From an uncultured Pelagibacteraceae bacterium (GTDB taxonomy: Bacteria; Pseudomonadota; Alphaproteobacteria; Pelagibacterales; Pelagibacteraceae): DNA of 64,000 nucleotides. Made by a program: the position numbers and the translations under genes. Numbering within the stretch: position 1 is the stretch's first letter; every line of letters begins with the position of its first letter. Location of the stretch: NCBI GenBank assembly GCA_902519695.1, contig CABYKN010000001.1, forward strand, positions 87,129 through 151,128. Direction: 5' to 3'. This document shows, in pieces, positions 47,229 through 58,059 of this stretch. The notes beneath the pieces are model-generated. The model did no database searches. It saw only the letters and a list, made by a program, of their open reading frames with translations, and had not been told where the DNA came from.

Positions 47229-48124
47229 TATTCGTGTCCCTCTGTGCTAAAATTATATATCTTTTCGTCTAAAGAGTTGTATTTTTCATACTCAACTAGA
47301 TCATATAATCTTTTTCTAGTTTGCATCTTATCTATAATATTATTTTGATGTCCATCCGCAAAAATGGCACGTAGACCATCCTCAACACTTTTCATTGCTA
47401 ATCTTTGTGTAGTAACCGGATAAATTACAATATTGTAGCCAAGCTCTTCTAATTGTTTAAAATCTAGCAACTTGGATTTTCCAAACTCAGTCATATTAGC
47501 TAAAAGATAACAATCTAGTGATTTTCTAACTTTTTCAAACTCATATTCATCTTTTAATGCTTCTGGAAAAACAATTTCTGCACCAGCATCAATATAAGAT
47601 TTACAGCGATCAATCATTTTATCAATACCTTCTACACTTTTAGCATCAGAACGTGCAATAATTTTAAAATTTTTGTCAGATCTTGCTTCTACACATTCTT
47701 TGATTTTTTTTGTCATATCCTCTTTTGATATCAATTCTTTATTGTCTAGATGACCACATCTTTTCTGCTCTATCTGATCTTCTAAATGAATTGCTGAAAT
47801 GCCAAAATTTTCAAATGTTTGAACAGTTTCTTTACAAGATTTAAAACCTGTATCGACATCAACAACTGTTGGAAGATTTGTAACACGTGCAATTTGCTTT
47901 GATCTATTACTGACATCATTAAGAGTTGTTAATCCTATATCAGGATATCCCAAATCATTAGACATAACACCTCCTGATACATAAACTCCGTCGTATCCAA
48001 TTTCTTCAATAACTTTTGCTGTTAATGGATTATATGCACCTGGTATTCTTAAAATTTTATTTGATTTTAGTTTATTATCTAAATCAATTCTTTTCTCTTC
48101 AGGTTTTTTTTCAACAAAGTGCAC
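47228..48124 (-). CDS. prpB: 2-methylisocitrate lyase
   Basis: PDIG, DVDTGF, EDQ...KRCGH, ANMTEFGKS. Confidence 0.92.
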   Translation of the reverse strand: MHFVEKKPEEKRIDLDNKLKSNKILRIPGAYNPLTAKVIEEIGYDGVYVSGGVMSNDLGYPDIGLTTLNDVSNRSKQIARVTNLPTVVDVDTGFKSCKETVQTFENFGISAIHLEDQIEQKRCGHLDNKELISKEDMTKKIKECVEARSDKNFKIIARSDAKSVEGIDKMIDRCKSYIDAGAEIVFPEALKDEYEFEKVRKSLDCYLLANMTEFGKSKLLDFKQLEELGYNIVIYPVTTQRLAMKSVEDGLRAIFADGHQNNIIDKMQTRKRLYDLVEYEKYNSLDEKIYNFSTEGHE

Positions 48125-49626
48125 TAGAATATTCCTTTTTTATTATTCGATTTTAAGTATCTTCTACTTACTTCAATATTTAGTTTTGTAAGCTGATTAT
48201 TTTTTAATTTTTTTAAATTTTGAACATCTTTTAAAAATCTATCACTTTCTTTTTTAGAAATAATATTTTCTGTTAAAATTTTAAATTTATTTATATAATC
48301 TTTTCTTTCAAAAGGTCTTTTACCGTAAGGATGAGCATCTGCTCTTTCTAATTCCTCAATAATTTTTTTCCCATTATTTAATGTTACTATAACCTTTGCA
48401 CCAAAAGATTTATTCTTTGGATCAGGATCATGGTATTTCTTTGTCCATTTTTTATCCTCATGAGTTTTAATTGATCTCCATATTTTAATAGTGCTTTTTT
48501 TATTAGCTCTCTTTTTAGTATAAGACTTTACATGATGCCAATCTGCATCTTCTAAAGCTACAGCAAAAATATACATTATTGAGTGATCTAATGTTTCTCT
48601 ACTAGCATTTGGATCCATTTTTTGTGGATCATTAGCTCCAGTTCCAATTACATAATGTGTATGATGACTTGTATATATATCTATTTTTTTAATTGTATTT
48701 AAATTATCTATTTTTTTATTAAGAGCTTTTGCAATATCAATTAATGCTTGAGCTTGATATTCAGCTGAATATTCTTTTGTGTATGTTTCAAGAATAGCTT
48801 TTTTTTCCTCATTCTTTTTTGGCAAAGGAACAAAATATTTAGCATTTTTTCCATCTAATATTCTTGCAATTACACTATCTTCACCTTCATAAATAGGACT
48901 CGGAGCTCCTTCACCTCTCATCGTTCTATCTACAGCTTCAATTGCTAATTTTCCTGCATGAGCTGGAGCATACGCCTTCCAACTTGAAATCTCACCTTTT
49001 CTTGATTGTCTTGTTGAAACACTCACATGTAATGCTTGTTGAACAGCTTGATAAATAGTTTCTGTATTTAATTTTAACATAGATCCAATACCAGCAGCAA
49101 CACTAGGCCCTAAGTGAGCGATATGATCAACTTTGTGTTTATGAAGACAAATAGCTTTTACAAGATTAACTTGCACTTCATATGCAGTTATAATTCCTCT
49201 TAATAAATCATTTCCATTTTTTTTTAATTGTTGTGCCACTGCTAAAAGAGCAGGAATATTATCACCAGGATGACTGTAATCAGCTGCTAGAAATGTATCA
49301 TGAAAATCTAATTCTCTAACAGCAGTTCCATTTGCCCACGCAGCCCATTCACAATCAAATTTAAGTTTTGAATTTATGCCAAAAAGATTAGCTCCATTTT
49401 TTCTAACATGTTTTTTTGCCATTTCTCTTGCAGATATTACAGGTCTTCTATTTAAGGAAGCTATAGCAACAGAAGCGTTATCAATAATTCTATTAATAAC
49501 CATTTCAACTGAATTTTTATTTAATTTAGCATTATCACTTGCTATCTCTGCTATTTTCCAAGCAAGCTGTTTCTTCTTTGGAAGATTTATTTTTGATGGA
49601 TATACTTTAATTGTATGCAATAACAA
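48124..49626 (-). CDS. prpD: 2-methylcitrate dehydratase
   Basis: [49 protein letters not shown]. Confidence 0.9.
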   Translation of the reverse strand: MLLHTIKVYPSKINLPKKKQLAWKIAEIASDNAKLNKNSVEMVINRIIDNASVAIASLNRRPVISAREMAKKHVRKNGANLFGINSKLKFDCEWAAWANGTAVRELDFHDTFLAADYSHPGDNIPALLAVAQQLKKNGNDLLRGIITAYEVQVNLVKAICLHKHKVDHIAHLGPSVAAGIGSMLKLNTETIYQAVQQALHVSVSTRQSRKGEISSWKAYAPAHAGKLAIEAVDRTMRGEGAPSPIYEGEDSVIARILDGKNAKYFVPLPKKNEEKKAILETYTKEYSAEYQAQALIDIAKALNKKIDNLNTIKKIDIYTSHHTHYVIGTGANDPQKMDPNASRETLDHSIMYIFAVALEDADWHHVKSYTKKRANKKSTIKIWRSIKTHEDKKWTKKYHDPDPKNKSFGAKVIVTLNNGKKIIEELERADAHPYGKRPFERKDYINKFKILTENIISKKESDRFLKDVQNLKKLKNNQLTKLNIEVSRRYLKSNNKKGIF

Positions 49627-49679
49627 AATAACTCCTAATTTGTGATTTTGTTTTAATAGTTAAAATAAATTAATCAATA

Positions 49680-50360
49680 TTAAAGATATTGAGATACAAT
49701 TTTTTCAATACCTACAAAGTCTTTTATTAAGTGATTATGATAAATTTCATCAATATTTTTTTCAGTATATCCATCTTCTAATAAAATCATTGGAATATCT
49801 GCCGCTTTAGCTGCATTTGCATCCGACTCACTATCACCGATCATAATTGATTTATTTTTACTACCATCTAAAATTTCTATGATTGTTGTTATATGTCTCG
49901 GATCAGGTTTACAATAATCAAAAGTATTATAACCCGCAACATACTCGAAGTAATTATATATCCCAATTTTTTTTAGAAGATCTACTGCAAGATGTTCCGT
50001 TTTATTCGTACATACAGCCATTGATATATTTTCTTTTTTACACCAATTTAAAAAATCTTTTACACCAGGCATCAGAGTACTTTCATTTAAAATATTTTTT
50101 CCATAATAAGAAATAAATTCATCTGTCATTTCATTTTTAATTTTCTCATTAATCGAAGTTAATTCTTTTTTGGCCTGGCTCCATATAGATCTACCAATCA
50201 TTGCCCCAGCTCCTTGACCAACGGTATTTTTAAGTTCATCAAGAGATTTTGTGGGGTACCCAAATTTCTGCATAACATGGTTATGAGCAAGCATTAGATC
50301 AGGTGCTGTGTCTACTAACGTGCCATCTAAATCAAAAACAACTGTGAATTTTTGTGTCAT
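49680..50360 (-). CDS. gph: Phosphoglycolate phosphatase (HAD)
   Basis: FDLDGTLVDTAPDL, CTNK, KPDP, MIGDS..D. Confidence 0.85.
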   Translation of the reverse strand: MTQKFTVVFDLDGTLVDTAPDLMLAHNHVMQKFGYPTKSLDELKNTVGQGAGAMIGRSIWSQAKKELTSINEKIKNEMTDEFISYYGKNILNESTLMPGVKDFLNWCKKENISMAVCTNKTEHLAVDLLKKIGIYNYFEYVAGYNTFDYCKPDPRHITTIIEILDGSKNKSIMIGDSESDANAAKAADIPMILLEDGYTEKNIDEIYHNHLIKDFVGIEKIVSQYL

Positions 50361-50429
50361 TTAAAAAGTATTAATAAGAAATAAATTGTGAATTAATTAA
50401 TTTAATACCCAGTTATATACAACTATCTA

Positions 50430-51038
50430 ATGAATAGTCAAAATTTACAAAATAAACTTAGAGATAAATTTTTAAAAAAAGGTGTCAAAATGAAGGGGCC
50501 TGAGACAGTTTTTTTTTCTAAAGATACTAAAATTGGAAATAATGTAGAGATAGAACCTTATGTTGTGTTTGCCGATAAAGTACAAATAGGAAATAATGTT
50601 AGAATTTTATCTTTCTCTCATCTTGAGGGTGTTAAAATAGATAATGATGTGAGCGTAGGTCCATATGCACGTTTGAGACCTGGAACAAAAATAAAATCTG
50701 GATCAAAAATTGGAAATTTTGTCGAAGTAAAAAAAACTACAATAAATAAAAATTCTAAAGTTAATCATTTATCATACATTGGTGATGCTCAAATAGGAAA
50801 CAATGTTAATATTGGAGCTGGAACAATAACTTGTAATTATGATGGAAGAAAAAAAAGTAAAACATATATTAAGGATAGAGTATTTGTAGGCTCAAATACA
50901 TCTTTAGTAGCACCAGTTACTTTAAATGAAAAAAGTGTTATAGGAGCAGGTTCAGTAATTACTAAAAATGTAAGCAAAGGGTCGTTGGCATTAACCAGAT
51001 CAAATCAAAAAGAAAAGAAAAATTATAAAAGGAAATAA
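50430..51038 (+). CDS. glmU: Stand-alone C-terminal (glucosamine-1-phosphate acetyltransferase) domain of GlmU
   Basis: [36 protein letters not shown]; only 202 aa with no nucleotidyltransferase domain; directly upstream of glmS. Confidence 0.85.
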   Translation: MNSQNLQNKLRDKFLKKGVKMKGPETVFFSKDTKIGNNVEIEPYVVFADKVQIGNNVRILSFSHLEGVKIDNDVSVGPYARLRPGTKIKSGSKIGNFVEVKKTTINKNSKVNHLSYIGDAQIGNNVNIGAGTITCNYDGRKKSKTYIKDRVFVGSNTSLVAPVTLNEKSVIGAGSVITKNVSKGSLALTRSNQKEKKNYKRK

Positions 51039-51044
51039 TAAGCA

Positions 51045-52865
51045 ATGTGTGGAATAGTTGGAATTACAAGCTCTAAAGAAGTTACTCCCAGAATTATAAG
51101 TTCATTAAAAAAACTTGAGTATAGAGGCTATGACTCTGCAGGTATAGCAACTCTTTCAAATGGAAATATAAATGAAGTCAAATGTGAGGGTAGAGTAGAC
51201 GCTTTAGAGAAAAACATTATACAAACTAAAATATCTGGCTCTATTGGTATCGGACACGTTAGATGGGCCACACATGGTAAACCCAGTTCAATAAATGCAC
51301 ATCCTCATTCATCAGAAGATGTATCTGTAGTCCACAATGGTATAATTGAAAATTCAACTATTCTAAAAAAGTTATTAGAAAATAAAGGCTATAAGTTTAA
51401 ATCCCAAACAGATACAGAAGTAATTGTTCATTTGGTAACTGATTATTTAAAAAAAAATAATCTTAAAAATACAATTATAAAAGTTTTAAAAAAATTACAT
51501 GGTAGTTTTGCATTAGGAATAATATTCAAAGATCAATCAGACTTAATAGTTGGTGCGAGAAGAGGTTCTCCACTTGCGGTTGGTTATGGTCCAAACGAAC
51601 ACTACCTTGGTTCAGACTCTTATGCATTAAAGTCAATGACTAATAAAATTTCATATTTAAATGATGGAGAATTTTGCATATTAAAAAAAGATCAAGTCGA
51701 ATTTTTTGATGCTGATGGAACCAAAGTAAACAAAAAAATTTTAAATCTTTCTAAAGACGATCAAAATTATGAAAAAGGAGATTACAAATATTATATGGCT
51801 AAAGAAATAGATGAGCAGCCGATTACCTTAAAAAATTGTGTCAATGAGTACATCGACAAACATAACAAAGAAATAAATATTTATAATTTTCCTTGGAAAA
51901 TCAATGAAATTTCATCAGTAATTTTAATTGGATGTGGAACAGCATATCACTCATGTCTTGTTGCAAAGTATTGGTTTGAGCAAAATACAAGTTTAGATGT
52001 GAGTGTTGATATAGCTTCTGAATTTAGATATCGAAAAATTAAATTTAAAAAAGATTGTCTTTATGTTTTTGTTTCTCAATCTGGAGAGACTGCGGATACA
52101 TTTGCTGCATTAGATTTGTGTAAAAAGAATAATGTTAAAACTTGTGCAGTAGTAAATGTTGTTGAAAGTTCAATTGCAAGAGATGCAGATCTAGTTTTAC
52201 CTATTCATTGTGGCCCAGAAGTAGGTGTTGCATCGACAAAAGCTTTTTTAGGACAAATGTTGGTTCTTTATTTATTATGTACTAAGCTTTCTTATGAACA
52301 AAAATCAATTAATAAAAAAAATTACCAAAAAAAGATAAAAGATTTATTGTCTTTATCTAAATATGCAAGAAATACATTGAATATTGAAGATAAAATTCAA
52401 ACTCTCGGAAAAGATTTTGCTAATTCTAAAGGATCAATGTTTCTAGGTAGAGGCTATTCATATCCAATTGCACTTGAAGGTGCTTTAAAACTAAAAGAGC
52501 TTGCTTATGTTCATGCCGAAGGTTACCCGGCAGGGGAAATGAAACATGGACCTCTTGCACTCATAGAAAATGGTATGCCGGTAGTAGTAATTGCACCAAG
52601 AGATGAACATTACAAAAAAACTATTTCAAATATGCAAGAAGTTATATCCAGAGGTGCAAAAGTTTTACTAATAACAAATAAAAGTACTGATGAAATTTAT
52701 TCAGAAAATATATGGGAGCAAATAGAAGTTGATGCCATATCTGATGAACTTATTCCTTTTTTGACCACTATACCTTTGCAAAAGTTAGCTTATTACTCTG
52801 CATTAGATAAAGGATACGATATAGATAAACCAAGAAACTTAGCTAAATCTGTCACTGTTGAATAA
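51045..52865 (+). CDS. glmS: Glutamine--fructose-6-phosphate aminotransferase
   Basis: MCGIVG, RWATHG, SQSGET, VASTKAF, KHGP, PRNLAKSVTVE. Confidence 0.97.
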   Translation: MCGIVGITSSKEVTPRIISSLKKLEYRGYDSAGIATLSNGNINEVKCEGRVDALEKNIIQTKISGSIGIGHVRWATHGKPSSINAHPHSSEDVSVVHNGIIENSTILKKLLENKGYKFKSQTDTEVIVHLVTDYLKKNNLKNTIIKVLKKLHGSFALGIIFKDQSDLIVGARRGSPLAVGYGPNEHYLGSDSYALKSMTNKISYLNDGEFCILKKDQVEFFDADGTKVNKKILNLSKDDQNYEKGDYKYYMAKEIDEQPITLKNCVNEYIDKHNKEINIYNFPWKINEISSVILIGCGTAYHSCLVAKYWFEQNTSLDVSVDIASEFRYRKIKFKKDCLYVFVSQSGETADTFAALDLCKKNNVKTCAVVNVVESSIARDADLVLPIHCGPEVGVASTKAFLGQMLVLYLLCTKLSYEQKSINKKNYQKKIKDLLSLSKYARNTLNIEDKIQTLGKDFANSKGSMFLGRGYSYPIALEGALKLKELAYVHAEGYPAGEMKHGPLALIENGMPVVVIAPRDEHYKKTISNMQEVISRGAKVLLITNKSTDEIYSENIWEQIEVDAISDELIPFLTTIPLQKLAYYSALDKGYDIDKPRNLAKSVTVE

Positions 52866-52899
52866 ATAATAAAGTCTGTTAAAACAATTCTGAGTTGAA

Positions 52900-54279
52900 A
52901 TGAAAAATTGGAAAATAAATAGCTGGAGAAAATATCCTGTCAAACATATTCCTCAATATGAAGATGAGAAGGAATTGGAGATGGTTTTAAATAAATTGAA
53001 AACCTTTCCTCCGCTAGTTTTTGCAGGTGAAACAAGACATTTGAAAGATCAGTTAGCAATGGTCAATGATGGAAAGGCTTTTCTTTTACAAGGTGGTGAT
53101 TGTGCAGAAAGTTTTGCGGAATTTCATCCTGACAATATAAGAGATACCTTTAAGGTTATTCTTCAAATGGCATTGGTGATGACCTACTCAGCATCTTTAC
53201 CTATTGTAAAACTTGGAAGAATTGCTGGACAATTTTCAAAACCAAGAAGCGCACCAACTGAAAAACAAGGTGATAAAGAATTACCAAGTTATTTGGGAGA
53301 CAATATAAATGCAATAGATTTTAATGAAAAAGCTAGAAGACCCGATCCAAAAAGAATGTTTAAGGCTTATTCCCAATCTGCATCAACTTTAAACCTTTTA
53401 AGAGCATTTTCAAAAGGTGGTTTTGCTGACCTAAATAAGGTTCACTTATGGAATTTAGATTATATTAAAAAAAGTCCACAAGCTAAAAAATTTAAAGAGT
53501 TAGAGGATAAAATAGCAGATGCTTTAGCGTTTATGGATGCTTGCGGAATTACATCTGATTTTAATAATAGATTATACACAGTTAACTTTTGGACTTCTCA
53601 TGAAGCTTTACACTTACCTTTTGAGGAAAGTATGACAAGAGTAGACTCAACTACGGGTGAATATCACGATACTTCAGCTCACTTTGTTTGGATAGGGGAT
53701 AGAACAAGACAATTAGATGGAGGACATGTTGAGTTTTGTAAAGGCATAGAAAATCCAATTGGTATCAAATGTGGTCCAACTTCTAAACCTGATGAGATTG
53801 CAAAAATATGTGAAGTTATAAATCCTAAAAACGAAAAAGGAAAAATAACTTTAATCTCAAGATTTGGTCATCAGAACGTTGAAAAATTCTTACCAAAATT
53901 AATTAGAGGAATTAAAAAGGAAGGTTTAAATGTTGTGTGGTCTTGTGATCCAATGCATGGCAATACAATTAAATCAACTACTGGTTTTAAAACAAGACCG
54001 TTTAATGATGTTGTAAGTGAAGTTAAAAATGTATTTGCAGTTCATCAAGCAGAAGGTTCCTATGCAGGAGGTCTTCATGTTGAAATGACAGGGCAAGATG
54101 TGACAGAGTGTACAGGTGGAGCAAAAAAAATATCTGATGCAGATTTATCAAGCAGATATCATACGCATTGTGATCCAAGATTGAACTCTGATCAAGCTAT
54201 AGAATTAGCGTTTTTAATTTCAGATGAGATAAAAAAGAATAGTTTGTATTCTAAATCTGCAATTAAAGCGGCATCTTAA
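52900..54279 (+). CDS. Class II DAHP synthase
   Basis: LQGGDCAESF, GRIAGQFSKPRS, WIGDRTR, CDPMHGN, CDPRLN. Confidence 0.95.
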   Translation: MKNWKINSWRKYPVKHIPQYEDEKELEMVLNKLKTFPPLVFAGETRHLKDQLAMVNDGKAFLLQGGDCAESFAEFHPDNIRDTFKVILQMALVMTYSASLPIVKLGRIAGQFSKPRSAPTEKQGDKELPSYLGDNINAIDFNEKARRPDPKRMFKAYSQSASTLNLLRAFSKGGFADLNKVHLWNLDYIKKSPQAKKFKELEDKIADALAFMDACGITSDFNNRLYTVNFWTSHEALHLPFEESMTRVDSTTGEYHDTSAHFVWIGDRTRQLDGGHVEFCKGIENPIGIKCGPTSKPDEIAKICEVINPKNEKGKITLISRFGHQNVEKFLPKLIRGIKKEGLNVVWSCDPMHGNTIKSTTGFKTRPFNDVVSEVKNVFAVHQAEGSYAGGLHVEMTGQDVTECTGGAKKISDADLSSRYHTHCDPRLNSDQAIELAFLISDEIKKNSLYSKSAIKAAS

Positions 54280-54316
54280 CAGTTTAAAAATAAAATTTTT
54301 TTCATATATTTAAATT

Positions 54317-55054
54317 ATGACACCCAAAGATAAAGTGAATCACATTAAAAACTGGATTTCAGATTATGTGAATTCTATGCCAAAAAAAGCTCAATCTTTA
54401 GTGATTGGTATTTCTGGTGGAATAGACTCATCTGTCTCAAGTACATTAAGTGCAATGACTGGTTTAAAAACAATTGTTTTATCAATGCCTATTAAACAAA
54501 AATCTGCACAACATGATCTAAGTTTGGCACATCAAGAATGGTTAAAGAAAAATTTTAGCAATGTAGAGGGACACACATTAGAATTAGATAGTTTATTCAA
54601 AACATTTGAAGGAACACTAAACAATTTTGGTAGTGAACACGGGATGGCAAACTCTAGAGCAAGATTAAGAATGACAACACTTTATCAAGTAGCTGCTGCG
54701 AATAACGGAATAGTCGTCGGAACAGGAAATAAAGTTGAGGATTTTGGAGTTGGTTTTTATACAAAATATGGTGATGGTGGAGTAGATATTTCTCCAATTG
54801 CAGATTGCAATAAAACTGAAGTATGGGAACTTGGTAAAGAACTTGGAATTTTAAAAGAGATTATTGATGCTCCTCCAACAGATGGTTTGTGGGACGATGG
54901 TCGTACTGATGAGGGACAGCTTGGTTTGTCATATAAAGAATTAGAAGAAGCAATGGATAATGAAAATTCTGTAAATCGAGATAAATATAATTCAATTCGA
55001 AGTGCAAATTTGCATAAAATGGAACCTATTCCAGTATGCAAAATTCCCAATTAA
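54317..55054 (+). CDS. nadE: NH3-dependent NAD+ synthetase
   Basis: GISGGIDS, ARLRM, GTGN..E, FYTKYGDG, DE.QLG..Y. Confidence 0.93.
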   Translation: MTPKDKVNHIKNWISDYVNSMPKKAQSLVIGISGGIDSSVSSTLSAMTGLKTIVLSMPIKQKSAQHDLSLAHQEWLKKNFSNVEGHTLELDSLFKTFEGTLNNFGSEHGMANSRARLRMTTLYQVAAANNGIVVGTGNKVEDFGVGFYTKYGDGGVDISPIADCNKTEVWELGKELGILKEIIDAPPTDGLWDDGRTDEGQLGLSYKELEEAMDNENSVNRDKYNSIRSANLHKMEPIPVCKIPN

Positions 55055-55099
55055 TCAAATAGATTCACAAATCTACAATTTAAGTATATTCCTAGTTGT

Positions 55100-56461
55100 A
55101 TGGCTAAAGATATATTTTTAACTAATAGTCTTGGTGGTAAGAAAGAAAAATTTACACCTAAAAATGACAAATCCATAGGCATGTATGTTTGTGGTCCTAC
55201 TGTTTATGATGATCCACATATTGGTAATGCCAGACCTTTAGTTGTTTTTGACATTCTTTATAAAATTTTAAAAAATAGATATGGATCAACATCTGTAAAA
55301 TATATCAGAAATATAACAGACATAGATGACAAAATAATCAAAGCATCTAATGATCAAAATATTTCAATAAAAGATTTAACTTCAAAAATTACTGAAAATT
55401 TTCATAAGGATTGCAATTACTTAAAATGTGAAACACCAAACAGCGAACCAAAGGCTACAGAAAATATAAAACAAATGATTGAAATGATCACAGAACTAGA
55501 GAAAAAAGGGTTTGCATACTCAAAGGATAAGCATGTTTATTTTGAAGTTAAAAAATTTAGTGATTATGGAAAACTATCTAATAAAAAGTTAGATGAATTA
55601 ATAGCTGGTTCACGAGTAGAGGTTTCAGAAATAAAAAAAAATCCTGAAGATTTTGTATTATGGAAACCGTCAACAGATAAAGAGCCTTCTTGGGATTCTC
55701 CTTGGGGCAAAGGTAGACCAGGTTGGCATTTAGAATGTTCAGTTATGTCAAAAAGATATTTAGGGGAAGAATTTGATATTCATGGGGGTGGTAGAGACTT
55801 GATTTTTCCTCATCATGAAAATGAGATTGCTCAATCAAGGTGTGCAAATGAAACAAACTCGTTTGCAAATTATTGGGTTCATAACGGATTTATAACTCTT
55901 TCTAATGAAAAAATGGCAAAATCTCAGGGAAACATATTGAAAATAAAAGATTTTAAAAAAAAATATAATGGCCAAGTTTTGAGATTAGCATTAATTAGTG
56001 CTCACTATAGACAAGGATTAGATTGGAATGAAAAACTAATATCAGAATGTGAAAAGACTTTAAGCAAATGGTATTTAGCCTATTCTGATGTTCACAAAGA
56101 TACAATATTACCAGATGAATTATTAGATCCTTTATATGACGATTTAAACACCCCAGGTTATATTGCTAATTTACATTTTTTATATAGTAAAGCTTCAACT
56201 GGAACGAATGAGGATAAGGCAACTTTTGTAAAAGCTTGCAATTTTATAGGTCTATTAACTGATACTTCAGAAGAGTGGCTACAAACAAAAAAAAATACAA
56301 TTTCTCTTTCAGAGGATGAAATTAATTCAAAAATAGCTGAGAGAAATAAAGCAAGAGATGAAAAAAATTATGAATTAGCTGACAAAATAAGGAAAGATCT
56401 TTTAGATAAGGGTATTTTAATTGAGGATAAAGATGGTACAACCTCGTGGAAATTAAAATGA
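55100..56461 (+). CDS. cysS: Cysteine--tRNA ligase
   Basis: YVCGPTVY, HIGN, GRPGWHLEC, FPHHENE, KMAKS. Confidence 0.96.
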   Translation: MAKDIFLTNSLGGKKEKFTPKNDKSIGMYVCGPTVYDDPHIGNARPLVVFDILYKILKNRYGSTSVKYIRNITDIDDKIIKASNDQNISIKDLTSKITENFHKDCNYLKCETPNSEPKATENIKQMIEMITELEKKGFAYSKDKHVYFEVKKFSDYGKLSNKKLDELIAGSRVEVSEIKKNPEDFVLWKPSTDKEPSWDSPWGKGRPGWHLECSVMSKRYLGEEFDIHGGGRDLIFPHHENEIAQSRCANETNSFANYWVHNGFITLSNEKMAKSQGNILKIKDFKKKYNGQVLRLALISAHYRQGLDWNEKLISECEKTLSKWYLAYSDVHKDTILPDELLDPLYDDLNTPGYIANLHFLYSKASTGTNEDKATFVKACNFIGLLTDTSEEWLQTKKNTISLSEDEINSKIAERNKARDEKNYELADKIRKDLLDKGILIEDKDGTTSWKLK

Positions 56462-58059
56462 GTAAAGAAAAAATCTATATATTTGATACTACACTTAGGG
56501 ATGGGGCACAAACTCAAGGAGTAGATTTTTCATTAAATGAAAAAGAAAAAATCGCTAAATCTTTGGATAACTTGGGAGTTGATTATATAGAGGGTGGTTG
56601 GCCAGGAGCAAATCCAACAGATACAGAATTTTTTAATAAAGATCAAAACTTTAAAAATGCAAATCTTACAGCTTTTGGTATGACTAAAAAATCTGAGCAT
56701 AGCGCAAAAAACGACCCGATGTTGTCATCTTTGATTAATTCAAAGAGTTCATCAATTTGTTTATTTGGTAAAAGTTGGGATTTTCATGTTGATGTTGCCT
56801 TGGGTATTTCAAATGATCAAAATTTAGAAAATATAAGTGAGAGCGCAAAGCATATAGTTAATTCAGGTAAAGAATTTATGTTTGATGCTGAACATTTTTT
56901 TGATGGTTATAAATCAAATCCTGAATATGCAATATCATGTTTAAAAGCAGCATTTGATAATGGTGCAAGATGGATTGTTTTATGTGATACTAATGGAGGG
57001 ACATTGCCTCACGAAATTTCTAAAATTGTTGAAGAAGTAACAAAGCATATACCAGGTAATAACCTTGGAATTCATGCCCACAATGATACAGAAAATGCAG
57101 TTGCTAATAGTTTAGTAGCTGTGCAAGCAGGAGTTAGACAGGTCCAGGGTACAATAAATGGACTTGGAGAAAGATGTGGAAATGCAAATTTAATGTCATT
57201 AATCCCAACTTTTTTTTTAAAGAAAGATTTTTCAGACAAATATGAAATTAATATCAAACCAGAAAATATTAAAAATTTAACACAATGTTCAAGATTATTA
57301 GATGAAATATTGAATAGAAAACCTAATAAACATCTACCTTATGTGGGTGCTTCTGCATTTTCACATAAGGGTGGAATGCATGTATCAGCTGTACAAAAAG
57401 ATCCAAAAACTTATGAACATATTAATCCTGATGAAGTAGGAAATGTTAGGAATATTGTTATTTCTGATCAATCAGGTCAATCTAATATAATGTCTAGATT
57501 AAATGCAATTGGCATTAATATTAAAAAAGATGATCCAAAAATTAAAAAACTTCTTCACGAAGTAAAAGACAGAGAGTTTATAGGATATAGTTACGATGGT
57601 GCTGATGCATCTTTTGAACTTTTAGCTAGAAGATTGATGGGGGAAATACCAAGATATATTTCAATTAATGAATATGATGTTTCCGTTAAGAAAGACTCTA
57701 CTGGAGAAGTAATATCATTTGCAAAAGCAAAACTTGAGGTAGATGGTCATGAAATATTATGTGAAGGAGAAGGCAATGGACCAGTTAATGCATTAGATAA
57801 TGCAATTAGAAAAAATGTAAATAAACTTGAAAAATATTCAGAATATTTAAAAGATTTAAAGCTAGTTGATTACAAAGTTAGAATTTTAAATACAGGAACT
57901 GGAGCCGTTACTAGAGTTTCTATAGAAAGTGCAGACTCGAAACATGGTAATTGGTTCACAATAGGAGTTTCTCCAAATATTATTGATGCATCTTTTAAAG
58001 CTTTAGTTGATAGTTTGGATTATAAACTGTTCAAGGATAATGCTCCTGCTAGTACTTGA
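56458..58059 (+). CDS. cimA: Citramalate synthase (LeuA-like)
   Basis: FDTTLRDGAQ, EGGWPG.NP, FDAEHFFDGY, CDTNGG, HKGG.H; ATGA overlap with the cysS stop. Confidence 0.88.
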   Translation: MSKEKIYIFDTTLRDGAQTQGVDFSLNEKEKIAKSLDNLGVDYIEGGWPGANPTDTEFFNKDQNFKNANLTAFGMTKKSEHSAKNDPMLSSLINSKSSSICLFGKSWDFHVDVALGISNDQNLENISESAKHIVNSGKEFMFDAEHFFDGYKSNPEYAISCLKAAFDNGARWIVLCDTNGGTLPHEISKIVEEVTKHIPGNNLGIHAHNDTENAVANSLVAVQAGVRQVQGTINGLGERCGNANLMSLIPTFFLKKDFSDKYEINIKPENIKNLTQCSRLLDEILNRKPNKHLPYVGASAFSHKGGMHVSAVQKDPKTYEHINPDEVGNVRNIVISDQSGQSNIMSRLNAIGINIKKDDPKIKKLLHEVKDREFIGYSYDGADASFELLARRLMGEIPRYISINEYDVSVKKDSTGEVISFAKAKLEVDGHEILCEGEGNGPVNALDNAIRKNVNKLEKYSEYLKDLKLVDYKVRILNTGTGAVTRVSIESADSKHGNWFTIGVSPNIIDASFKALVDSLDYKLFKDNAPAST

